From: an uncultured Candidatus Bathyarchaeia archaeon
GTDB taxonomy: Archaea; Thermoproteota; Bathyarchaeia; 40CM-2-53-6; CAZAQQ01
DNA length: 24,377 bases
Direction of reading: 5' to 3'
Assembly: GCA_964487485.1 (NCBI GenBank)
Contig: CAZAQQ010000003.1
Location: forward strand, 1 to 24,377
A program made the translations under genes and the position numbers. A model generated the notes under the pieces. The model saw nothing but the letters and a program-made list of their open reading frames with translations, ran no database searches and had not been told where the DNA came from. Positions 7,945 to 15,967 of the stretch are shown here, piece after piece; position 1 is the stretch's first letter, and every line of letters begins with the position of its first letter.

Positions 7945-8443
7945 GTGGCGCGGGAAGAAATTTTGAAGAGAGCTTATGAGCTGGGTTACAAATACCAGAG
8001 AGACAATAGGAATTGTGCGCAGTCCACCGTAGCCGCTGTGCAAGACGCTTTGAACATGAGGGACGATAACGCTTTCAGAGCTGCCAGTGGCCTCGCAGGC
8101 GGATCTGCCTTCATGGGTGTTGGGAATTGCGGAGCCTATTCCGGAGGAGTAATGATCATCAGCTCTAGGTACGGTCGAGAACGTAAGGATTTCAGCGATA
8201 TCAAAGTACCGTCGCTCTCTGGAAGTGGCTAAGAAACTCTACGAGAAGTTCAAGCAGGAATACGATAGTTGCATTTGCCATGACATTCAACGGAAGGTTT
8301 TCGGCAGGTCTTTCAACCTATGGGATAGCCATGACCTTGAGGAGTTTACGAAGGCGGGAGGGTTCTCTGAGAAATGTCCAATCGTTGTTGGAAAGGCTGC
8401 TGCTTGGGTCGCTGAAATAATTTTAGACACTGAGGAGAAATAG
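7945..8443 (+). pseudogene. C_GCAxxG_C_C family putative redox protein, split by a frameshift near 8200-8206
   Basis: GGAGG at 7932, GTG 7945. Frame 1 has NCAQS and GNCGAYSGG up to DFSDIK; frame 2 continues KYRRSLEVAKKLYEKF...CICHDI...KCPIVVG to TAG 8443. Together they make one full-length family member. Confidence 0.8.
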
Positions 8444-8535
8444 CTTCTATCTCCAAGCGTCCATATGATGATTTGGCGGCTGGCTTGGGGGACATCAGCC
8501 TCCAACAGTTTCGAAGAACAAACCGTGAGCGGAGC

Positions 8536-8549
8536 AAGCCGAGAGGCTT
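8536..8549. terminator. Small GNRA-loop hairpin between convergent genes
   Basis: AAGCC-GAGA-GGCTT between the stop at 8443 (+) and the stop at 8568 (-). Confidence 0.3.
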
Positions 8550-8567
8550 CAGGAGTGGTGTTAGCGA

Positions 8568-8879
8568 CTAGGATTTTGTGGAAAGCTTCTGCCTTATTTC
8601 TCGTACCTCAGCCTCTAACACAAATACTTTCTGCGCCAAGTCAAACCGCTTCCCAAGCTCCTCGACTTTTAGATCGACTGCCTTAACATCCTTGCTTAAC
8701 GAATCGAACCTAGAGTCGAAAAGCTCAACAGCACTCTCAAGTTTTGAGTCGAAAAGCTTAGTCATACTGTCAAACTTCACATCGAAGAGCTTAACGACGC
8801 TTTGCAGCTCCTCCTTGACAATTTCTCTTACTTCAGGCGCGGTAAGCCTTTTGATAACTTCTTTTGCAGTCTTCGCCAT
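8568..8879 (-). CDS. Small coiled-coil protein with three 11-residue repeats
   Basis: KLFDVKFDSMT / KLFDSKLESAV / ELFDSRFDSLS; 33-bp periodicity in the DNA (GAGTCGAAAAGCT at 8713 and 8746, variant at 8779); C-terminal VLEAEVREIRQKL. Confidence 0.75.
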   Translation of the reverse strand: MAKTAKEVIKRLTAPEVREIVKEELQSVVKLFDVKFDSMTKLFDSKLESAVELFDSRFDSLSKDVKAVDLKVEELGKRFDLAQKVFVLEAEVREIRQKLSTKS

Positions 8880-8928
8880 TGTCCTCGATATGTTAAGGTG
8901 AAGTCTCCTCTTTAAAAGTTACTTCAGG

Positions 8929-9090
8929 CTAAGCCACGGCAGTAACTCTAGCTCCTCCTTCATTAACTTCATCTAGGCTAATGTCTGCTGGCTCGGCTTG
9001 ATCTTTCGTGACTGGCGCAGTTGTGTATAGCTTTTGGCCAGCTGCCAAATATTGGATGGTAAGGCATTGCGCTTTTTCGCCAGAGGCCAT
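8929..9090 (-). pseudogene. Possible degenerate UPF0175-like antitoxin remnant
   Basis: Manual translation MASGEKAQCLTIQYLAAGQKLYTTAPVTKDQAEPADISLDEV... loosely resembles the LY-x4-VT-x3-AE-x-A-x-ISL pattern of UPF0175; an adjacent frame gives KLMKEELELLPWL. Confidence 0.2.
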
Positions 9091-9129
9091 TCATCAAGGA
9101 ATGCGGTAGTATCACCTGTCACAGCGTCT

Positions 9130-9279
9130 AACGGAAGGTTTTCGGCAGGTCTTTCAACCTATGGGATAGCCATGACCTTGAGGAGTTTACGAAAGCGGGA
9201 GGATTCTCTGACAGGTGTCCAACCGTCGTTGCAAGCCTCCGCTTAGACTAATGAAATACTCTTAGACACCAAAGAAACA
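9130..9279 (+). repeat. Decayed second copy of the C_GCAxxG_C_C gene 3' end
   Basis: Translates RKVFGRSFNLWDSHDLEEFTKAGGFSDRCPTVVA, then a 2-nt deletion, TGG->TAG, and NEILLDTKET. Confidence 0.9.
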
Positions 9280-9293
9280 TGTTTCATTTTTTT

Positions 9294-9932
9294 CTAAGAT
9301 AGTTTCTTGGCTATTGTCGTCAGATGTTTTCCCAAATGTTTCGCCATTTTCAGCTCATTAGCCGATGGCATTCGTTCGTCCATCGGCCCCGAGATGGTTG
9401 AGGCGCCGTATGGCGAACCGCCACTTATTTCTTCTAGTGTCATCTGTTCCGTAAATGAATAGGGCAGACCGACTAGAACACAACCGTGGTGCAAAAGCGG
9501 GATCATGGTTGTGATGATAGTGGTTTCTTGTCCCCCATGCTGAGTGGCCGTACAGGTGAAGACTGCTGCTGGTTTGCCGATAAGGGTGCCCTGCATCCAA
9601 TCGCCTGATGTCTGATCCCAAAAGTTCTTCATCTGAGCTGACATGTTACCGAAGCGGGTGGGGGTTCCTACAATAACTCCGTGAATCCCTTTGAGATCCT
9701 TCTTGGGATCAGCTGTCGGAATATGCCTCATCAATTCTTTCGTCTTTTTCATATTTTCATCCCACTGTTCTTGTGGAATAAGCTCGGCGACCTGCCGGAG
9801 GACTGGTTCACCACCTGCCTCTCGAACTCCATCAGCCATGGCTTCGGCCATTCCAAAGATCTGACCATGCCTTGAGTAGAAGAGAATCAGAATTCTTGGT
9901 CTAGACGAACTCAAATTCCACTCACTCTTCAC
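9294..9932 (-). CDS. wrbA: NAD(P)H:quinone oxidoreductase, type IV (WrbA flavodoxin-like)
   Basis: ILFYSRHG, VGTPTRFGNMSAQMKNFWD, TATQHGGQETT and GGSPYGAST are WrbA signatures. Confidence 0.95.
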   Translation of the reverse strand: MKSEWNLSSSRPRILILFYSRHGQIFGMAEAMADGVREAGGEPVLRQVAELIPQEQWDENMKKTKELMRHIPTADPKKDLKGIHGVIVGTPTRFGNMSAQMKNFWDQTSGDWMQGTLIGKPAAVFTCTATQHGGQETTIITTMIPLLHHGCVLVGLPYSFTEQMTLEEISGGSPYGASTISGPMDERMPSANELKMAKHLGKHLTTIAKKLS

Positions 9933-10072
9933 TTTTTCTTGTTGAGCGATCTATTTCATGCACTGGCTTAAACCCTTTTGTAGAATTGTCTCTCATTTCT
10001 TAGTCTTCGAAAAATAATAGAGAAGGTAGATCGTTGTGGAAAAGCAGTCACTTTTTCTTTTGCATGTGAAAC

Positions 10073-11833
10073 CTACCCGTGAAGAGCGCGTCTAACCTCT
10101 TCCCACTTTTTCTTTTGAGTAGCGAGCTTACATATCTGAACAGCGTTTCCCGGGTCTTTGCCATATACGAGGAGGCTTGCCGTTTCGGCGAAGGCCTTGT
10201 CCAAGGCACCTCCACCAACTCCAAATACAATGTCAACTCCCTCTTCCTTAAGTTTCTTAGCCGTTGCCACAAAGGCTGGCCTAGTAGTCGTCATCAGTGC
10301 AGAGCCAAGAACTGCTATGGGCTTGTACTTCTTAATCGCCTCGGCGACGGTTTCGGGAGGTACAGATTTTCCCAAGTCAATTACCTCGAAGCCGCTGGCG
10401 GAGACTATTGCTTTAACAATGTTTTTTCCTATGTCATGTACGTCGCCGTCAGCGCAGTGCACTAATATAGTGCCCAGCTTTTTCACAGCGGCCAGTTCTT
10501 CCTTGCAGACTGCTAGTCCAGCTTGCATAGCGGAATTAGCTAGTAGGATTTCAGGAACGTAGGCTAATCCCTCATTGTAAAGTTTACCCGCAGCTTGTAC
10601 CCCTGGCAGGAGACCTAGGTTCACGATGTCCACGCCTTTAGAGCCTTGTTTGAGAGCCTTCTCACAGAGCTGCCTAGTCTTGGTTTCATCTCCTCTAAGC
10701 ACAGCTTCAGAGATAGACCCGTAGGGTTCATCTTTGGGCATAATATCCTTTACTAACTGAAGAGGTTCTACGGCCCTAGCTTTGGGCGCCTCGGGCTTAG
10801 CTTCCAAGCCTACGGGTGCTCTTTCCTCAAGCTTGAACTTCTCAGCCACCTCTAAGAGCATCCTAATATTTTCCAGCGGAGTTCTAGGCGCTATTGTGCA
10901 TCCAGACGATAGGATGTCTATGCCTGCGCGCAAGGCTTTGAGAGATTCTCTTTCCACATCTGCTATCGAACCCTGGAGAAGAACTGAGACTGGCGCGATG
11001 TTTCCAACGAGCGATATCTTGTTTCCCACTACCTGCCTAGCATAGGCCACATCTACCTTTTCCTCGAATGAAAAACAATCCACGTCAGTTTCCGGGATAT
11101 ATTTCATGTGGCCGCTGGTATTTCCGCAGATATGGAGTACGCAGGGAACATCGATCTTGCTGAAGACTTTTTTGTGGGCTGGAGCTACAAGATCTCGGTA
11201 TGTGTCAGCGCTTATCAAATCGCCTGACGAAGTGGGATCGGAAATAGTGACTATGTCTACCCCTGACCTAGTGGCTGCGGATGCGAATTCCGTAGAAACG
11301 TAAGCCAGCTTATCCAGCGCTTCCTCCACTTTCTCCGGGTTTGTCTTCACCCAAGAGACAAACCTGTCTACTCCAAATACATGACCAGCAATTGTGAAAG
11401 GACCCGTAACTTTCACGGTAAGCGGGATCTTGTCTGAGACCTTTTCCCTCAGGATTTCAATGGCTTCCAAGGCTACGGGTATGCGTCCTTTTTCCACAAT
11501 CTTTTCCGGAATCTTGAGGTTATCTACGTCTTTGAATGCTGGCCCAAGCACTGAGGGAGTCCTATCCACACGTCCCTTATCTATTGGGCAGCCCAATGCT
11601 TCAGCTTCGACGCTAAGGCAAAAGGGTAGCGTCGTAGTTGGCAAGCCCGTTAACTCGTAGGTGGCCGCGGCAAGTCTAGCCATCTTCTCAGGATCCCAGT
11701 GGGCGTCGGGCCAGTAAGTCTTAGAAGCTTCCATGGCGTGAACTGTGGTAGCAACAACAGGGAGGTAAGCAGGAACCCTGTCTACCCTCCCGCCCAGGAG
11801 AGCTGAAAGGATTCTTCTTCTAGTTGTCAGCAA
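10073..11833 (-). CDS. Fused MtaA/CmuA-type methyltransferase (N-terminal) and MtaC-like corrinoid protein (C-terminal)
   Basis: Residues 1-333: LPFCLSVEAEALGC, GPFTIAGH, H234-I-C236, C312 (SSGCTIAPRTPLENI). Pro/Ala/Glu-rich linker. Residues ~365-586: cap helices, HCADGDVHDIGKNIV, GSALMTTT, GGGA. One uninterrupted 586-aa ORF. Confidence 0.92.
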   Translation of the reverse strand: MLTTRRRILSALLGGRVDRVPAYLPVVATTVHAMEASKTYWPDAHWDPEKMARLAAATYELTGLPTTTLPFCLSVEAEALGCPIDKGRVDRTPSVLGPAFKDVDNLKIPEKIVEKGRIPVALEAIEILREKVSDKIPLTVKVTGPFTIAGHVFGVDRFVSWVKTNPEKVEEALDKLAYVSTEFASAATRSGVDIVTISDPTSSGDLISADTYRDLVAPAHKKVFSKIDVPCVLHICGNTSGHMKYIPETDVDCFSFEEKVDVAYARQVVGNKISLVGNIAPVSVLLQGSIADVERESLKALRAGIDILSSGCTIAPRTPLENIRMLLEVAEKFKLEERAPVGLEAKPEAPKARAVEPLQLVKDIMPKDEPYGSISEAVLRGDETKTRQLCEKALKQGSKGVDIVNLGLLPGVQAAGKLYNEGLAYVPEILLANSAMQAGLAVCKEELAAVKKLGTILVHCADGDVHDIGKNIVKAIVSASGFEVIDLGKSVPPETVAEAIKKYKPIAVLGSALMTTTRPAFVATAKKLKEEGVDIVFGVGGGALDKAFAETASLLVYGKDPGNAVQICKLATQKKKWEEVRRALHG

Positions 11834-11927
11834 AATTGTTACCTTTCCCTGTTCCGCATATGAGCCACGAAGGCTTTTTATGCTTTTTCAAAAGTCGATT
11901 TTGGAATTTACTATCATAGGAGCAAGA

Positions 11928-11964
11928 GCTTTCTCTGAAAGCGATGACAGTTAGTTTTATAAAG
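11928..11964 (+). promoter_or_regulatory. Inverted repeat plus TATA box upstream of the ABC transporter operon
   Basis: GCTTTC-TCT-GAAAGC at 11928-11942 and TTTTATAAAG at 11955-11964, ~37 nt before ATG 12001, within the divergent intergenic region. Confidence 0.5.
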
Positions 11965-12000
11965 GCACTACTGGATAAACATCTTGCCGAGGTTTTATCA

Positions 12001-13347
12001 ATGTCGACTAAGCCAGTTTCCAGAAGGGAGTTCCTGAAATACGGAGCATTGGCTGCTGGAGCAGCAATAGTTGCAGGCGGAGCCGTATACTATGCTACGC
12101 GACCAGCACCACCTCCAGCTCCTAAGGCAGCGATTAAGATCGGTGACCTGTCAGGCAAAACTGGGGTCGGCGCGAACTGGGGACTGCACATGACTTTAGG
12201 CACGAAGTTGGCTGTTGACGAACTGAATGCAGCAGGAGGAGTCCTAGGTAGGCCTGTTGAAATCGTAACGGAAGACACCGCTTTGAGGGCTGATGTCGCG
12301 ATCAAGAAGGCAGAGAAATTGATCTTGGAGGATAAGGTAGCTGCTATTTTCGGGGTCCTCTCCAGCGGCGTTCAAAGAGCCGTGATAAAAGTCACGGAGA
12401 AATACAAGACGCTGCACTTCCTTTGTGTTGCATGCGCAGACTACTTTAGAACAGTGGACTTCCACAAGTATTTCTTCACCGTACATCAAGACGGCAGGAT
12501 GAGTCACAGAGCACTCGTCACATGGCTTGAGAAGGAATACAATCCAGACCCAACAAAGCTTTTGATAACCTATCAAGACTATGCGATGGGCTGGGCACAT
12601 GAAAGAGCCGTCAGGAAAATTTTCGAGCACGCATTTGGTAAGAAAGGAACGAACAAAGTGGCATGGCCTTTAGGGGCGAGAGATTTCACACCTTGGTTCC
12701 CGAAAATCAAGGAAATTGCCCCAGAATACTACCATAGCTCCACATGGGGAATGGATTCTATAACGCAGATAAGGCAGATGGGTGACTACGGTTTACTTAA
12801 GGGCCTAAAATCATTCACCGGGTCTTGTTGCATATACCTCACATCAGATCTAACTTTCTATGGTCCAACTGCCGACGGCACTGCCTTTCCGAAATACTGG
12901 GCCTATCCTTCTCCGAACAAGGAAAGCATCGACTTCCGAGACAAGTTCTTCGCCACATTCGGCCAAACGCCAAACCAAGCTTCTGCAGCCCACTACGAAG
13001 GGGTTAAGCTATGGGCAAAGGCTGTTGAGAAGGCCGGTACTACAGACCCGGATGCAGTGGTTGAAAAACTCGAGGGTATGGAATACACAGGTCCCCTAGG
13101 TCCCGGCGGCACCAAAGTCATGAGGAAAGAAGATCACGCAGCCATATTCGACAATCAGATAACACTGATCGACAAGGGAAAGGAAGTAGTAGTTGCCACC
13201 GTTGACGGTAAGGTATGTGCGGGTAAACCGATGCCTAAATTCCCAATTCCAGAAGGGAAAACCGTGGAAGATGCTATGGAAGCCGTGTATGACCAAGACT
13301 CCTACAAGCCCATGCCAGACATCAAGAAAGTGCGATATGAAGCATAG
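12001..13347 (+). CDS. Liv-type (PBP1) ABC transporter substrate-binding protein with a Tat signal/anchor
   Basis: MSTKPVSRREFLK twin-arginine motif, hydrophobic helix and Pro linker; IKIGDLSGKTG, NAAGGVLGRPVEIVTEDT, DYAMG, AGTTDPDAVVEKLEG. Start at ATG 12001 is favoured by the TATA position. Confidence 0.93.
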   Translation: MSTKPVSRREFLKYGALAAGAAIVAGGAVYYATRPAPPPAPKAAIKIGDLSGKTGVGANWGLHMTLGTKLAVDELNAAGGVLGRPVEIVTEDTALRADVAIKKAEKLILEDKVAAIFGVLSSGVQRAVIKVTEKYKTLHFLCVACADYFRTVDFHKYFFTVHQDGRMSHRALVTWLEKEYNPDPTKLLITYQDYAMGWAHERAVRKIFEHAFGKKGTNKVAWPLGARDFTPWFPKIKEIAPEYYHSSTWGMDSITQIRQMGDYGLLKGLKSFTGSCCIYLTSDLTFYGPTADGTAFPKYWAYPSPNKESIDFRDKFFATFGQTPNQASAAHYEGVKLWAKAVEKAGTTDPDAVVEKLEGMEYTGPLGPGGTKVMRKEDHAAIFDNQITLIDKGKEVVVATVDGKVCAGKPMPKFPIPEGKTVEDAMEAVYDQDSYKPMPDIKKVRYEA

Positions 13348-13380
13348 AAACCATTGATGCCCTTCGTCGATTGATAACCC

Positions 13381-14265
13381 TTGTTGGAATATGTCCTGAG
13401 GGTTATCCTCCCCTCTTTTTTTGACGGCCTAATACTAGGCGCATCCTTCGGCCTCGTAGCCCTAGGCCTTTCCATAATTTTCGGCATCACGGGTGTAATT
13501 AATTTTTCACACGGTGACTTATTCATGTTAGGGTCCTACATAGGTTTGACATTATTGTGGTCGATCTTGCCCAATTTCTGGATCTCAATTATTGTTGCTG
13601 CACTAGTTCTAGGGGCTATAGGAATAATGATTGAGCGTCTTATATGTAGACCCCTCTATGGCAAAGCTCCATTACTGATCTTCGTTGCCACATTTGGGTT
13701 AGCCCTATTTCTTCGAGAAGCCGCTAAACTAATCTGGTCGCCGAATCCGATATCGGTTGACGCGCCTTTGATTGGCCACATGTCTTTCGGGGTGTTCTAC
13801 TATCCGATTTACCGATTAGCAATTTTGATCATTTTCTCTATTGTTTACGCGAGCGTCTGGTTCTTCTTCAATAAGACGAAATATGGAGCTATTGTGCGTG
13901 CGGCTACTGAGAACAGTCAAATGCTCGCTTGCTTAGGAGTTAACGTGTCGCGCGTGAGGATGTTTACTTTTTCCCTTGCTTCAGCATTAGCGGCGGTTGG
14001 GGGGATGATAATGCTTCCTATAGCTAGCTTAAGCCCCGAAGCAGGAGCCTTAGTTATCCTGTGGTGTTTCTACATAATTGTTCTTGGCGGAATGGGCAGT
14101 ATCGGCGGCACCGTTTTGGCGGCTTTCGTAATAGGCGAAATATTTACCCTAGGCTCAGTTTGGTTGGAACCGAGGGAAATGGAAATTCTCGGCTTTCTAA
14201 TATTGATCACTGTGCTTATTGTGCGTCCCCGCGGATTCTTCGGTAAACCATTATTGTTGGAGTAA
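13381..14265 (+). CDS. livH: Branched-chain amino acid-type ABC permease (LivH family)
   Basis: GLSIIFGITGVINFSHGDLFMLG, TKYGAIVRAATEN, VLGGMGSIGG, VRPRGFFG. Confidence 0.93.
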   Translation: MLEYVLRVILPSFFDGLILGASFGLVALGLSIIFGITGVINFSHGDLFMLGSYIGLTLLWSILPNFWISIIVAALVLGAIGIMIERLICRPLYGKAPLLIFVATFGLALFLREAAKLIWSPNPISVDAPLIGHMSFGVFYYPIYRLAILIIFSIVYASVWFFFNKTKYGAIVRAATENSQMLACLGVNVSRVRMFTFSLASALAAVGGMIMLPIASLSPEAGALVILWCFYIIVLGGMGSIGGTVLAAFVIGEIFTLGSVWLEPREMEILGFLILITVLIVRPRGFFGKPLLLE

Positions 14266-14270
14266 CGATC

Positions 14271-15218
14271 ATGGGTGAAATTTCTAAGCTTCTCTCTCTT
14301 CCAAGAGTTTTCAGCTACCTAGTTCCGATAGCTGCGGCTCTAGGTGTTCCTTACCTCATGCCTACGTATTACGTTAGCCTCTTAGCTGATGCCTTCGCCT
14401 TGGCTCTGGTGGCGATGGGTGTGAACCTAATGCTGGCCTATGCGGAACTGCCTAGTTTCGGACATGCAGCTTTCTATGGAGTAGCGGCTTACGTAGTGGC
14501 CATGGCCTTTATGTGGCTCAAAATGCCTGTCTGGGCTTGTTTCGTTCTAGCAGTAATTGTTTCGCTGGGCTTAGGTTTGGCAATAGGTTCTTTCTCCATC
14601 AAGCGGCGGGGGATATATTTCGCAATAATCACACTCGTATCTGGGGAGGTAATTCACCGCATATTTTGGTATACAAGGGCTGTTGGAGGCTCTGACGGCA
14701 TGTCCTTTCCAAGGTGGTTCGAGCTGCGGCCAGGCTACTACTTTGTCCTAGCTCTCGTCTTGGTTGCTTGTCTACTATTCTTGGTTATTGGTAGTTCCCC
14801 GTTTGGGAAGGCGCTTAGGGCGATCGGCGAGAACGAAGTGAGGGCTAGGTTTGTCGGATACAATGTGGAACTCTACAAGAGGATTGCCTTTGTTCTCTCG
14901 TCTATCTTCCCAGCGTTGGGCGGAGCCTTCATTGCTGGGTACAGAGGCTTCGTGAATCCTTATCTAGCGTCAGTTCATATTTCTTCTGAAGCCGTGATAG
15001 CGACTCTAATTGGCGGCAGCGGAACCCTAATCGGGCCAATCCTAGGCAGTATTTTCCTAGTTTTTCTCATGGACATAGTGAGCAGCTACTGGGTCGGATA
15101 CCTTACCATTATCGGCATGGCAATAGTTCTAGTAATACTCTTCATGCCGCAGGGCACCATACCTCTCACTAGAGCACTCGTAAGCCCTCGATTGAGGAAA
15201 AGCAAGGTCAAGTTGTGA
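14271..15218 (+). CDS. livM: Branched-chain amino acid-type ABC permease (LivM family)
   Basis: SFGHAAFYGVAAY, GIYFAIITL, GGSDG, SPFGKALRAIGENE, IGGSGTLIGPILG, FMPQG. Confidence 0.93.
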   Translation: MGEISKLLSLPRVFSYLVPIAAALGVPYLMPTYYVSLLADAFALALVAMGVNLMLAYAELPSFGHAAFYGVAAYVVAMAFMWLKMPVWACFVLAVIVSLGLGLAIGSFSIKRRGIYFAIITLVSGEVIHRIFWYTRAVGGSDGMSFPRWFELRPGYYFVLALVLVACLLFLVIGSSPFGKALRAIGENEVRARFVGYNVELYKRIAFVLSSIFPALGGAFIAGYRGFVNPYLASVHISSEAVIATLIGGSGTLIGPILGSIFLVFLMDIVSSYWVGYLTIIGMAIVLVILFMPQGTIPLTRALVSPRLRKSKVKL

Positions 15219-15225
15219 TGTAGCA

Positions 15226-15963
15226 TTGGGCACCATTCTAGCAACGAGAGGCTTGACCAAGAATTTTGGTGGACTATCCGCCGTAAGCGATTTCGACCTC
15301 AGCGTCGAGCAGGGGGAAATAAGAGCAATAATAGGCCCAAACGGCGCTGGAAAAACAACACTTTTCAATTGTATGACAGGATTCTATCGGCCTGACGCTG
15401 GAAAAGTGTTGTTTAAGGGAGTAGACATAACTGGGCTTCCACCCCATAGAATTAGTAAGATGAATATCTCAAGAACATTCCAACTAACCAATATCTTCTT
15501 GAGATCTACAGTCTATGAAAATATTAGAGTGGCTCGGCAGTCGCGAATGAAGGGATTCGGCTTATTCTCCACGTCGGTTCCAGCCTATGAAGAGGAAGCA
15601 GCCAACATACTGAGGAAAATTGGTCTCTACGACCGTAAAGATGAGTTGGCTTGCAACCTATCCCATGGAGAGCAAAGACACTTGGAGATCGGCATAGCTC
15701 TCGCCACTAGCCCCGAGTTGTTAATGCTGGATGAGCCCACAGCTGGAATGAACCCCACGGAGGTAAAGGAAACCGTCAACACAATAAGGGAAGTGGCGAA
15801 AACTCTAGGCGTGACCGTCTTACTCATTGAGCATGATATGCGTGTCGTAATGGATATTTCAGACATGATAACTGTTATGCATCTGGGGAAAAAGATTGCC
15901 GAAGGAAAGCCTGAAGAAGTTAGAAAAAACGCAGAAGTAGTACGCGTGTACTTCGGGGGTTGA
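15226..15963 (+). CDS. livG: ABC transporter ATP-binding protein (LivG family)
   Basis: FGGLSAV, Walker A GPNGAGKTT, LSHGEQ signature, Walker B MLDEPTAG, LLIEHDM. Confidence 0.95.
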   Translation: MGTILATRGLTKNFGGLSAVSDFDLSVEQGEIRAIIGPNGAGKTTLFNCMTGFYRPDAGKVLFKGVDITGLPPHRISKMNISRTFQLTNIFLRSTVYENIRVARQSRMKGFGLFSTSVPAYEEEAANILRKIGLYDRKDELACNLSHGEQRHLEIGIALATSPELLMLDEPTAGMNPTEVKETVNTIREVAKTLGVTVLLIEHDMRVVMDISDMITVMHLGKKIAEGKPEEVRKNAEVVRVYFGG

Positions 15964-15967
15964 AGCT

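Larger units (their letters stand above)
8289..9279. mobile_element. Putative integrated islet bounded by a duplicated 3' end of the C_GCAxxG_C_C gene
   Basis: 8289-8352 and 9130-9193 are identical over 64 nt, and similarity continues with codon-conserving divergence to about 8443/9279. Cargo lies between the copies; no recombinase inside. Confidence 0.5.

Noticed and set aside
9119-9128. TCACAGCGTC at the islet 1 right junction matches an inverted copy at 17947-17956 inside islet 2
   Set aside because: Only 10 nt, not extendable and not at equivalent positions; plausible by chance in 24 kb.
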